A DNA stretch of 23,431 bases from a virus. Lineage: Duplodnaviria > Heunggongvirae > Uroviricota > Caudoviricetes. Below the pieces are notes generated by a model, which made no database searches, was not told the origin of the DNA, and was given only the letters and a program-made list of their open reading frames with translations. The stretch spans positions 88,798 through 112,228 of the IMG/VR virus record IMGVR_UViG_3300017649_000001; one strand, 5' to 3'. The position numbers and the translations under genes were made by a program. Of the stretch, positions 6,901 through 14,900 are shown in pieces (within the stretch, counting starts at the first letter, position 1; every line of letters starts with the position of its first letter).

Positions 6901-8594
6901 TTGGCAACGCCATCGACATTAATCCTGCCCAAAATCCTTACGGCAAGAACCTCATCACGGACATGCCGGCCAACATTAACGAGCTGGCGGCGAAATGGGG
7001 ACTTTCCTGGGGTGGTAACTGGAAAAGCGTCAAAGACGCCATGCATTTCGAGTGGACCGGTAAAAACGGATCTGCTGCGAATAGCAATATCTCTTCCGCT
7101 GATAAGGCTCAGATCGCATCTGTAGTCGCGCCCGAGATAGCTCAGGCTCTCCAGCCCGACGCCATCATCAAGCAAATGCGAGAAACGATTGCCGACGTCA
7201 CCGGTAAGATCGATACCAACCTTGCTGATCTTGCAAAGCAGGACGCCAAGAATGCTGATCTGCGCACGCAGGCGGCAGACGCAACGTCCATGCGTAGTCT
7301 GCAAAACATTCTCAACGGGCTTAACCTGAAGGAAGACGGCTTCAGCAAGGCTCGCTCGACTTTCTATAATCAGGTCCGCGACGGCAAGATCGATCCGCAA
7401 AATCGTGATCCGGAAAGCGCTCAGTACGAAAAGCAGCGGAAAATTCTCGATGAGATTGAGGCTGCCGAGAGACGCATCAAGGACGCAAAGCAGGCTCAGG
7501 CTGATCTGGACAAGGCGCAGAACTCGGCGACGGACCGACTTGCCTCGTCCAAGGAAAAAATCGCCGCGCTCGAAGAGAAGCTGAAAAACCCGCACGCAAT
7601 CGTTGATGATGCAGATATCCGTCGTGCCAAGCTTCTGTCCGAGGAGCTGAAAAACGCGGCAGAAGCGAAGTACGGTAAGGGGACCGAAGGGTACAACCAA
7701 GCCGTAATGCAGGGTGACGAGCTGGTTAAGTCTGCACTCCGGCAGCAGGGTCTTGAAGCTCAGATTGCCGCTAATAAGGAAATCGAATCCGCTCAGCGGG
7801 CCACGATGACCAAATCTCAGCTTCGCCAAAAGGAAAAGCAGGATGCGCTTGCAACCCTTGCCGCTCAGGAAGCTGCTATGCGGAAGGCTGGCCTCAGCGA
7901 AATATCAATCGCTGAGACAGTGGCGGCTCGCAAGAAGCAGATAGACGAACAGTACGGCTCCACGATTAGCAAGACATTCAGCGACACGGTGAAGTCGTGG
8001 ACCGATATGGAAACGAATTTCAGCAACTCGCTTGACGGGATGATGGGTTCGTTCGCTGACGGCCTGACGAACCTCATTATGGGCACCGGTAATCTGAGCG
8101 ACGCACTGAAAGGTATCGCCGCGCAGTTGGCGAACATGGCCGTGAAATGGGCAATCGGATCTGTCTTCGAAAAGAAGGGCGTTCCTACGCGTCATATGGG
8201 AGGCACGATCGGCTCCAGCATGGGCATGACGAAATCAATTTCGCCGCTTGCCTTTATCGGTGCGCCGAAGTTCCACACCGGCGGTGTCGTTGGACAGAAG
8301 TTGTTGCCGAGCGAAGTGCCGATCATCGCCAAGAAGGGCGAGGTCGTTCTGACCGCCGCTCAAGCCAAGGCTATGGGCAAGAACGGCACGATGACAGGCT
8401 CGGGTTTCAATAACTTCAATATCAGCGCTCCTGTCACTGTTAACGCGAGCGGCGGAACGAAAGAGCAGAACTCCGATCTCGCTAACCAGACTGCCAAAGC
8501 GATGGAGTCCACCATGCGTGGCATTGTTGCGGACGAAATTCGTAAACAGAGCCGTCCTGGAAACTCTCTGAACACCCGTAGCCGTAGGCGGTGA
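3927..8594 (+). CDS. Tail tape measure protein with embedded M15 peptidase (1555 aa)
   Basis: N-terminal tape-measure domain (AKQTPFALNTL...ISQMSGKGVIQMEELRQQLGE), long helical body, lambda-H-like C-terminus (PKFHTGGVVG...EVPIIAKKGEVVL). Confidence 0.96.
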   Translation: MQNVAFNLQLNSAAFDTALSGVAKSLTNLQKQISQVNRNLSSITKSAQNTGSALDGASGSMRGFTATARDLTIVAGGVSLAIGGMRLAAESWIGSIIRTNAEMERLRFQLAGMSNAADPMKEARQQVEGLRDMAKQTPFALNTLSNSFVKLKATGVDPMNGSLQALADGVAAFGGDDESFKRITLAISQMSGKGVIQMEELRQQLGESMPRAVELMSRSMGVSMGELTKIISTGQLEAKRNLQTLFEEIERTYGGRSLAMMQTFSGQVSQLKTNLQTLATNEGGSGFFDQIKGLLVELNDFLSTSKADALATSLGKGLQGAVGYAVDFAQALYSVSGALRDIAYLVGGVAALNLVFTGLNSSISAVANSFATFGRVRQDMQDVGAATSLFATQLFKTGQTVDAVKMGAVGLAGALRGVGMALTAAMPLIFALGSAVILAADYFDVFGTKAQKAFEDFTKFGAETLEEARRISDERVKIVEDEVARKKRALETAERFANAPMAAQYGTTTSPEEAAKNLLDAEKKAAETRLAIEEGKKQTIERLSREENNRIERGLNERLTKQKNAYDQEMKDLGDQYNKRMEAAKEAGESQREIHDRYVKDIAASQKKLLEAELSTIDSYIKEIGSKTVGASKDQVAVYQKSIDDLNKKRQATQSRLSSINASSIAPVMLSGKGDNTEKRMEKGAKLLGTLVGDYKDLQAEIAGSSGALEKLNFELENGKYGSAKEGAEAFEEMADALRNATIAKEAFHQIDKSNDKVSSDIEHARVKLLEEQIDLQNKIAGKTEDITEAERIRMRLNNGVYKGLGSDTERFITELEATLVPITLQATALQNVGDVSRTNAFGDATANAIDNTKTKIEGLTTTVKTLRDTIAGVNFDSMGTPGQGILGNIFGGINTAMNGFRDAISGVTASANLMSKNMKVFGNPLEKGWKEQNIVGVKANNGMSVQVHREAASAFQGFINDLLATGYKINSLGGYNPRLKVNGKGLSEHAFGNAIDINPAQNPYGKNLITDMPANINELAAKWGLSWGGNWKSVKDAMHFEWTGKNGSAANSNISSADKAQIASVVAPEIAQALQPDAIIKQMRETIADVTGKIDTNLADLAKQDAKNADLRTQAADATSMRSLQNILNGLNLKEDGFSKARSTFYNQVRDGKIDPQNRDPESAQYEKQRKILDEIEAAERRIKDAKQAQADLDKAQNSATDRLASSKEKIAALEEKLKNPHAIVDDADIRRAKLLSEELKNAAEAKYGKGTEGYNQAVMQGDELVKSALRQQGLEAQIAANKEIESAQRATMTKSQLRQKEKQDALATLAAQEAAMRKAGLSEISIAETVAARKKQIDEQYGSTISKTFSDTVKSWTDMETNFSNSLDGMMGSFADGLTNLIMGTGNLSDALKGIAAQLANMAVKWAIGSVFEKKGVPTRHMGGTIGSSMGMTKSISPLAFIGAPKFHTGGVVGQKLLPSEVPIIAKKGEVVLTAAQAKAMGKNGTMTGSGFNNFNISAPVTVNASGGTKEQNSDLANQTAKAMESTMRGIVADEIRKQSRPGNSLNTRSRRR
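6732..7061 (+). other. Peptidase M15 (Zn-dependent peptidoglycan peptidase) domain within the tape measure
   Basis: S-E-H-x6-D at 6888-6917, W-G-G-x-W, and D-A-M-H-F-E with His at 7044-7046. Confidence 0.85.
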
Positions 8595-8596
8595 GA

Positions 8597-8610
8597 TAAC
8601 TAACTCGTTA
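8597..8610. promoter_or_regulatory. Palindromic box TAACTAACTCGTTA (copy 4)
   Basis: 11/12 match; 19 nt before the gpM-like ATG. Confidence 0.75.
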
Positions 8611-8629
8611 GTGCAAAGGATGATCTAGA

Positions 8630-8983
8630 ATGCCGCTTCCAACATTCAACCCAATAGTTCGTCCCTCTCCAGGGACGAACTACAGTCGAACCGTCAATCT
8701 TCTGAAAGCTGAGTTTGGCGATGGCTATAGCCAGAATACGCCAAAGGGCCTCAATCACATTCGCAAGAAGGTGAAATTGAAATGGGACGCGCTAACGCTT
8801 GAGCAGCGCAACCAGATCGAGGAGTTCTTCGCCTCGATGCAGGGGTATCTGCCGTTCTATTACAAACCGTATGGCGAAGACCGCACTTTGAAGTGGACCT
8901 GCGAGGAATGGTCTTCGGATATCGACGGCGGTGTTTTTACATTCAGCGCCGAGCTGGTTCAGTCTTTCACCAACGAGGTATAG
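8630..8983 (+). CDS. gpM: Minor tail / distal tail protein, lambda gpM family (117 aa)
   Basis: AEFGDGYSQ...GLN...FF...QGYLPFYYKP...W.C.EW signature; follows the tape measure. Confidence 0.92.
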   Translation: MPLPTFNPIVRPSPGTNYSRTVNLLKAEFGDGYSQNTPKGLNHIRKKVKLKWDALTLEQRNQIEEFFASMQGYLPFYYKPYGEDRTLKWTCEEWSSDIDGGVFTFSAELVQSFTNEV

Positions 8984-8987
8984 CAAA

Positions 8988-9016
8988 AAGAAAAGGAGGC
9001 ATTGCCTCCTTTTCTT
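8988..9016. terminator. Bidirectional rho-independent terminator
   Basis: 13-bp stem AAGAAAAGGAGGC-ATT-GCCTCCTTTTCTT between convergent genes, giving a U-tract in both directions. Confidence 0.85.
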
Positions 9017-9650
9017 ATAGATTAGAGCCGTAGGTCTGAATGCAAGAAATGTCGCTCATCCACTGACCTTCATGCTTATTCCGCTTCAATTGCTCCGCAT
9101 CTGCTGCGATTTCTGACTTATAAACGTCCTCGAGTGCGGCAATGCTGAAAGTTTTGTAATTCTTCTGGAAGTCCGTAAGATCATCTGTGGCGTCGAGCAA
9201 TGTTCGCTCATGATCTTTAAACCGACGTTCCATTTCTTCCGCTCGGACCTGATGCATCGCAATACAAATATTCGTCTTGCCGAAGTCTTCACTTCCGGTC
9301 ATTCCAATCAGATTGGCGCAGCGTCCGACGACGCCTGTTTTTATATCAGTCACCAGATCGGTTACACTTTTGGACTTAGCGTCAAAACGAATATCAGATT
9401 CTCGACTGTAAAGATCCGAAATAGGCTGAGCTAGAATAGCGTTCACGCGCCTCAGTTCGGCGGGAAGATTCATAAGTGCCACAACTGGCGTTTCAGTTTT
9501 ATTCGCGACGATATCGGCGACCTGATCGTCAATCCATTTGGCGGCCGCTTTACAGGTATCCTTGCTGATTTCCAGTTTAGTCGCCGTCTGGCTCTCAGAG
9601 CATCCAGTTATCGAAAGTGCGGCAATCAACGCAATAACTAATTTGTTCAT
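9015..9650 (-). CDS. Predicted lipoprotein of unknown function (211 aa), moron-like
   Basis: MNKLVIALIAALSITG-C: short basic n-region, hydrophobic core, lipobox ITGC; SD GAGGA 5 nt upstream on the minus strand; only recognised minus-strand gene. Confidence 0.82.
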   Translation of the reverse strand: MNKLVIALIAALSITGCSESQTATKLEISKDTCKAAAKWIDDQVADIVANKTETPVVALMNLPAELRRVNAILAQPISDLYSRESDIRFDAKSKSVTDLVTDIKTGVVGRCANLIGMTGSEDFGKTNICIAMHQVRAEEMERRFKDHERTLLDATDDLTDFQKNYKTFSIAALEDVYKSEIAADAEQLKRNKHEGQWMSDISCIQTYGSNL

Positions 9651-9732
9651 ATCATCCTCATTTGCATCTGGCTTCTACCAGAAAATATAGCCGCGGCAAG
9701 AAGGACATTTGCGGCAACCGCTCTCCCAATAA

Positions 9733-9746
9733 TAACTAAATAGTTA
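9733..9746. promoter_or_regulatory. Palindromic box TAACTAAATAGTTA (copy 5a)
   Basis: 12/12 match in the divergent gap between the lipoprotein and gpL genes. Confidence 0.8.
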
Positions 9747-9757
9747 TTTATTTAATC

Positions 9758-9771
9758 TCACTAATTGGTTA
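9758..9771. promoter_or_regulatory. Palindromic box variant TCACTAATTGGTTA (copy 5b)
   Basis: 10/12 match, 25 bp downstream of copy 5a. Confidence 0.5.
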
Positions 9772-9798
9772 TTATCTCTCTGATTAAAGGGACATGTT

Positions 9799-10509
9799 AT
9801 GGCGACTATTCAGACAGAGCAGCAAAGCCTCACACCATCCGGTATCGTTTCTCTCTTCACATTGGACGCAACCTCCTTGGGCGGTCCTGTCATGAACTTT
9901 GTTCAGGCAACGAAGCACAAGTCCTTGGTGAAGTTCGGTGGTGTCGAATATCAGCCGATAGACGTCGAATTTAGCGGACTGGAAACGTCGGGGCAGGGCG
10001 CTCTACCAACTCCGACTATTCGTATGGCCAACACCGACGGTATTCCCCAAGCAATGGTGAATACGTGGGGAGACCTCACGGGCTGTCCTCTTACTCGCGT
10101 TCGCACGCACGTCCGCTTTCTTGATGGAGAGCCTGACGCGGATCCATCTGCGGCATATCCTGCTGATTTTTTCCGTATCGAGCGTAAATCGTCCGAGAAT
10201 AACGTCTACATTGAGTGGGAGCTTTCCACGTCTATCGATCAGGAAGGCAAAATGATCCCCGGAAGGACGATCATTCGCGAAACCTGTTTGTGGCGTTACC
10301 GCTATTTCGACGTTTCGAAGGGCAAGTTCGACTATTCGAAAGCTCAATGCCCCTACGCCGGGAACAAATATTTCGACATTAACGACCGCGAGGTCAGCGA
10401 TCCGGCTGATGACGTACCGTCTCGCCGACTGAATTGCTGCAAGACCCGTTTTGGCGAAGGCGCTGCATTACCGTTTGGTGGCTTTCCTGGTGTGAGGAGA
10501 ACGCAATAA
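9799..10509 (+). CDS. gpL: Minor tail protein L (lambda gpL family, 236 aa)
   Basis: F.G.EYQPID.EFSGLETSGQG.LP.PT...AN, C.W.YR and LPFGGFPG motifs; SD AAGGGA. Confidence 0.93.
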   Translation: MATIQTEQQSLTPSGIVSLFTLDATSLGGPVMNFVQATKHKSLVKFGGVEYQPIDVEFSGLETSGQGALPTPTIRMANTDGIPQAMVNTWGDLTGCPLTRVRTHVRFLDGEPDADPSAAYPADFFRIERKSSENNVYIEWELSTSIDQEGKMIPGRTIIRETCLWRYRYFDVSKGKFDYSKAQCPYAGNKYFDINDREVSDPADDVPSRRLNCCKTRFGEGAALPFGGFPGVRRTQ

Positions 10510-11303
10510 TGAGCGTCTTCTCACCAGAAGTTATTACCAAAGCCGGCGAGCACGCTCGCGAGGTCTACCCAGAGGAAAGCTGCGGACTCGTTGTTAGTGG
10601 CGAGTATATTCGTTGCGATAATGTTGCAGACGACCCGAGTGGCCACAAAGAGGAAGATCCTGACTGCGGCTGCCGTCTCTGCTCGTTCATTGTCGATCCA
10701 AGCAAAATTTCTCGTCATATTCACAATACCGAGGCTGTGATCCATTCGCATCCGGACGGGAAGGCATTTCCTTCGAAATCCGACATGGATGGCCAGATTG
10801 CCTCGGACCTGCCGTGGGCAATCATTCCTCTCAACGCCGAACGTGTCTTCGAGCCTGTGATCTGGGGCGAGGGTGTTGCTCCGTTGATCGGTCGGCAGTT
10901 TGTTCACGGCGTAAGCGACTGCCTCTCGCTGATCCGCGACGCGTACCGTCTCGGTAAGGATGCGCTCGCCGAACAAGGCATTGAAGACTGGCCGTTCGAC
11001 CCGATCGATTTCGCAGACATTGCCCGCCAGGACGCTTGGTGGACCAAGGGCGAAAACCTTTATCTCGATAACTTCGAGAAGTGGGGGTTCGAGCTTATTG
11101 ACGGCGCGTCGGCACGTCCAGGCGATGTTTTCGTGATGCGTATTCCACGCAAGGCGGTGGCGCCAAACCACGGCGGTTTGCTGCTGAGCAACAGTCTCAT
11201 TCTCCATCACCTTCCAGACAGACTTTCGAGACGCGAGGTCGGCAGTGGCTGGCTGCTCGCCGCGGAAATGTGGTTCCGATACAAGGGTTTTGATAATGCG
11301 TAA
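10509..11303 (+). CDS. gpK: Tail tip assembly protein K (JAB/MPN + NlpC/P60, 264 aa)
   Basis: Start reassigned to ATG 10509 (TAATG overlap). JAB motif E...HSHP...PSKSD; NlpC/P60 DCLSLIRDAY...NHGG...LHH. Confidence 0.92.
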   Translation: MSVFSPEVITKAGEHAREVYPEESCGLVVSGEYIRCDNVADDPSGHKEEDPDCGCRLCSFIVDPSKISRHIHNTEAVIHSHPDGKAFPSKSDMDGQIASDLPWAIIPLNAERVFEPVIWGEGVAPLIGRQFVHGVSDCLSLIRDAYRLGKDALAEQGIEDWPFDPIDFADIARQDAWWTKGENLYLDNFEKWGFELIDGASARPGDVFVMRIPRKAVAPNHGGLLLSNSLILHHLPDRLSRREVGSGWLLAAEMWFRYKGFDNA

Positions 11304-11925
11304 GATCGTGCTTCATGGCGCGCTTGCCAAGAAATTTGGCAAAGAGTTCTTCTTTGACGTGGCAACGGCTTCAGAAGCTGTACGCGCTCTATGCACGAAC
11401 TTTCCAGAGATGATCCGGGAGTTTCGCGAGGGACGCTGGCATGTCGTTCGCGGCGCGCACATCGATAAGGGTCTCGACCTTGATGACGAACAGTATGCGC
11501 GCCTGAAACTCGGCAAAGCCGATCTTCATATCGCTCCATTCGTGGCCGGCTCAAAGCGAGGCGGCCTTCTCAAAGCTGTTCTTGGCGTTGTCATGATTGC
11601 GACCGCCTTCGCGTTCGGTGGCGCAGCTATGTTCGCAACACCGATCATGAGCGGTCTTGGCGGAATGACATGGGGTAATCTGGCTGTGATCGGCGGAGCG
11701 ATGGCTCTGTCAGGCATATCTCAGCTTTTGGCGCCAGAATCGTCCGCCGAAGAAGATAGTGAGAGCTTCATCTTCTCCGGTCCCGTCAACAGTTCCGAGC
11801 AGGGTGTTGCCGTTCCCCTGATCTACGGTCGCACCATGACTGGTGGTGTGATGATCTCCGGCGGCATCGATGTTGAACAGATTGCTGCGACTGGCGGCTC
11901 GCGCGGTGGCGGGAGCAAGAAATGA
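11296..11925 (+). CDS. gpI: Tail assembly protein I (lambda gpI family, 209 aa)
   Basis: Start reassigned to ATG 11296 (MRKIVLHGALAKKFG); glycine-rich hydrophobic middle; QGVAVPLIYG motif. Confidence 0.92.
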   Translation: MRKIVLHGALAKKFGKEFFFDVATASEAVRALCTNFPEMIREFREGRWHVVRGAHIDKGLDLDDEQYARLKLGKADLHIAPFVAGSKRGGLLKAVLGVVMIATAFAFGGAAMFATPIMSGLGGMTWGNLAVIGGAMALSGISQLLAPESSAEEDSESFIFSGPVNSSEQGVAVPLIYGRTMTGGVMISGGIDVEQIAATGGSRGGGSKK

Positions 11926-14900
11926 TCCACGCTACAAATTTCGATCCGATTCTTTCGCGCATGAACGCCAATCCATTCCGCGGCCGTGGTGGTGGCAAGG
12001 GTTCTGGCGGTGGCGGAGATAACAACACGCTTCGCTCCAAGGCGCATATGCGTCTCATTGAAGTGCTGTCCGAAGGTCCCATTGTCGGTCTGGTTGATGG
12101 AAAGAAGTCGATCTATCTCGATCAGACGCCGCTTCTCGGCGCCGACGGCGTGGAGAACTTTGAAAATGTCATTATGGAGGAGCACCACGGCTATCCTGAC
12201 GATACGCCGTTCGTTGGCTTCTCTGCTGTTGAGAACACCATTTCTGTCGACACGCAGGTCAAGGCATCTTCTGGCGGCGTTGTCAGAACTATCTCCAATC
12301 CGGATGTGACGGGCGTCAAGGTTACGGTCCGTTACCCCGCTCTCGTAAAGAACGACAGTAAGAAGGGTTTGAAAAAGACCTCCGTTTCTTACGCTATCGA
12401 TCTTCGAAGCTATGGCGGTGATTGGACCGAAGTTCTTAAACACGACGAAAATAACCAGAAGACGGTCTCAGCTTTTCAGCGACAGTTTCGCGTCAAGCTG
12501 CCGAGCACCGGTGCGCCGTGGGACATTCGCGTTCGCCGCATCACTCCGGATAGCACTGACGACAATCTTCAGAATGAAACGTGGTTTGATAGTTACACCA
12601 CGATCATCGAAGGCCGCTTTACGTATCCTTATACGGCTGCTGTAGCCATTGAGGTTAACGCCGAGGATATGGGTTCCTCGATGCCAGCTCGCGTCTATGA
12701 CGTTGAAGGGCTGATTGTCAGCGTTCCCTCCAACTACGATGCGAGATTGCGGAAGTATGTCGGTGTCTGGAACGGGACTTTTAAACAGTCCTGGACAGAT
12801 AACCCGGCGTGGATCTTCTACGACCTCATTAAGAATGATCGTTATGGCCTTGGCGAGTTCATCGATGCAGACATGATCGATAAATGGTCGCTCTACACCA
12901 TTGCTCAGTATTGCGATCAACTCGTTCCGTCTGGCTTCCGTGATCAGAACGGCAACGATGTTATGGAGCCGCGGTTTACCTATAACGGCGTGATCCAGAA
13001 CCGGGACGAGGCTTTCTTTGTCCTGCAGTCCATTACACGTGCCTGGCGCGGTATGGCGTTCTGGGCAATCGGTCAGGTTTTCGCAACAGCCGACATGCCG
13101 GCCGATCCCGTCAAGCTCGTGACGCCAGCCAACGTCATCAACGGTGAGTTTGAGTATTCCTCAACGGCCATAAAGGCACGTCACTCCGTCGTGATGGTGA
13201 CCTGGAATAACCCAGACAATTTCTATCAGTCAGAAATTGAACCGGTCATCGATTCCAAGCTTCTGCACAAATACAACTGGCGGGAAAAACAGGTCACCCT
13301 TGAAGGCTGCACCTCGCGCGGCCTCGCTCATCGTTATGGTAAGTGGATCATCGATAGTGAACAGCATGAAACCGAGACCCTGACTTATCAGGCGTCGTGG
13401 GATCATGCAGATTTGCGCCCCGGCGATCTTATTGCAGTTTCAGATCCGACGAAGGCAATGATCCGCGCCGGCGGTCGTGTCGTTTCGCACTCCGGTAACG
13501 AAATCACTCTTGATGCCGATTTCGAAGCGAATGCTGGTGAATCCTATTGGCTCATGATGACCATGCCCGACGGCTCGGTCGAAAAGAGACCTATCGGCTA
13601 TTGGATTGACGATAATATCTGCGTTGTATCGCAGCCTTTCTCCGCAACAGCTCTGGCGAATGCGATGTTCACGATCACCGGCACGGATATCGTTCCGCGT
13701 CAGTATCGGGTGTTGTCGATTGAGGAAGAAGAGGCGAACATTTTCCGCGTGACCGCGCTTCAGCACGATCCGCAGAAATATGATCGTATTGAAAAGGGGA
13801 TTGTCTTTGATCCGCTGCCGTACAATCGGCCCGACAAAACAGCAAAGCCGCCAACGGGACTCAAAGTCACCGAAAACGGCTACGTGTCGAATGGAAAATC
13901 CTTTCATACTCTGACCTGTTCGTGGACGCCGCCCACGAACCAGACAACGCGTGGGTATTACATCACGGTTGATGACCCTGACGGCAACACGATCACTCTG
14001 GGCTTTACCGAGAACACTTCCATTGATCTCGATAATGTCACGGGCGGACTTTACACTTTCAAAGTGCAGTCGATTAACTACGTAGGCACGGTGTCTAAGG
14101 CTGCTACCTTCGATTTCGAAGCTGCTGGCCCCGAAGGCTTTGCTAAACCGTCCGTCGAGTACGTCCAGTTGATCGACAATCCGGGGTCTACTGAGTTCAC
14201 CTCCCGACGCCTTTCCTTTGAATGGAAGAATAAATTCCCGACGTCGATGAGTGCGATCTCAGGCGAGACAGATTCGTATTCACCTTATTATCGAGCAAAC
14301 CGTGTCAGGATCTATCGCGCCAGTGACGATGTTCTGTTGCGCGAAGCGATGGTGGTCGGAACACAGTTCACCTACGAGTTTGAGGCGAACGAAAGTGATA
14401 ATCTCGCGAAGGGCGGTCAGCAGCCGGCCCGCAATCTTCGTGTCGCGGTTTCTGTGCTCGACACGGTTGGTCGCGAGTCCAATCCGGTTAGCGTCGTCTT
14501 CAATAATCCGCCTCCTGCCGCTATATCGCCCATCTACAACGTCTGGGAGAACGAAATCTGGCTTGGTTACACCAAGCCGACTGATGCCGACTTTGAAGGC
14601 GTAATGATGTGGGTTGAGGAGGAGAGTGGTTACGATCCCGCGACCACGGCTCCGGCCTACGAAGGGCCGAATAATCCGCACACATTCAAGCTCGATTACG
14701 AGAGCGTTTATTACGTCCGCATCGCCGCTTACGACGCTTTCGGCAAAACTGGCCTGAACTATTCGTCCGAGGTGCCGATTACGACGCTTTCAAGCGGCGC
14801 CGACATGGAGCCGCCGAAAACCCCAACCGGTCTGGCGGCGGTGTCGAAGCTCGTCAACGGTCGCGTTCGCATGACCGTTACCTGGAACAAGAACTCCGAA

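Noticed and set aside
6039-7829. 596-aa minus-strand ORF (also 5016..5711)
   Set aside because: Antisense shadow of the tape measure gene; no recognisable motif, start signal or protein-like composition.
9680-9720. Full sigma70 promoter for the lipoprotein gene; TTGCCGC direct repeat on the minus strand
   Set aside because: The two TTGCCG hexamers lie 4 and 22 nt from TATATT, so neither gives a valid spacer; only a -10-like element remains.
10521-11210. 229-aa minus-strand ORF, and similar ones at 11823..12443 and 15834..16406
   Set aside because: Fully antisense to well-supported K, I and J genes.
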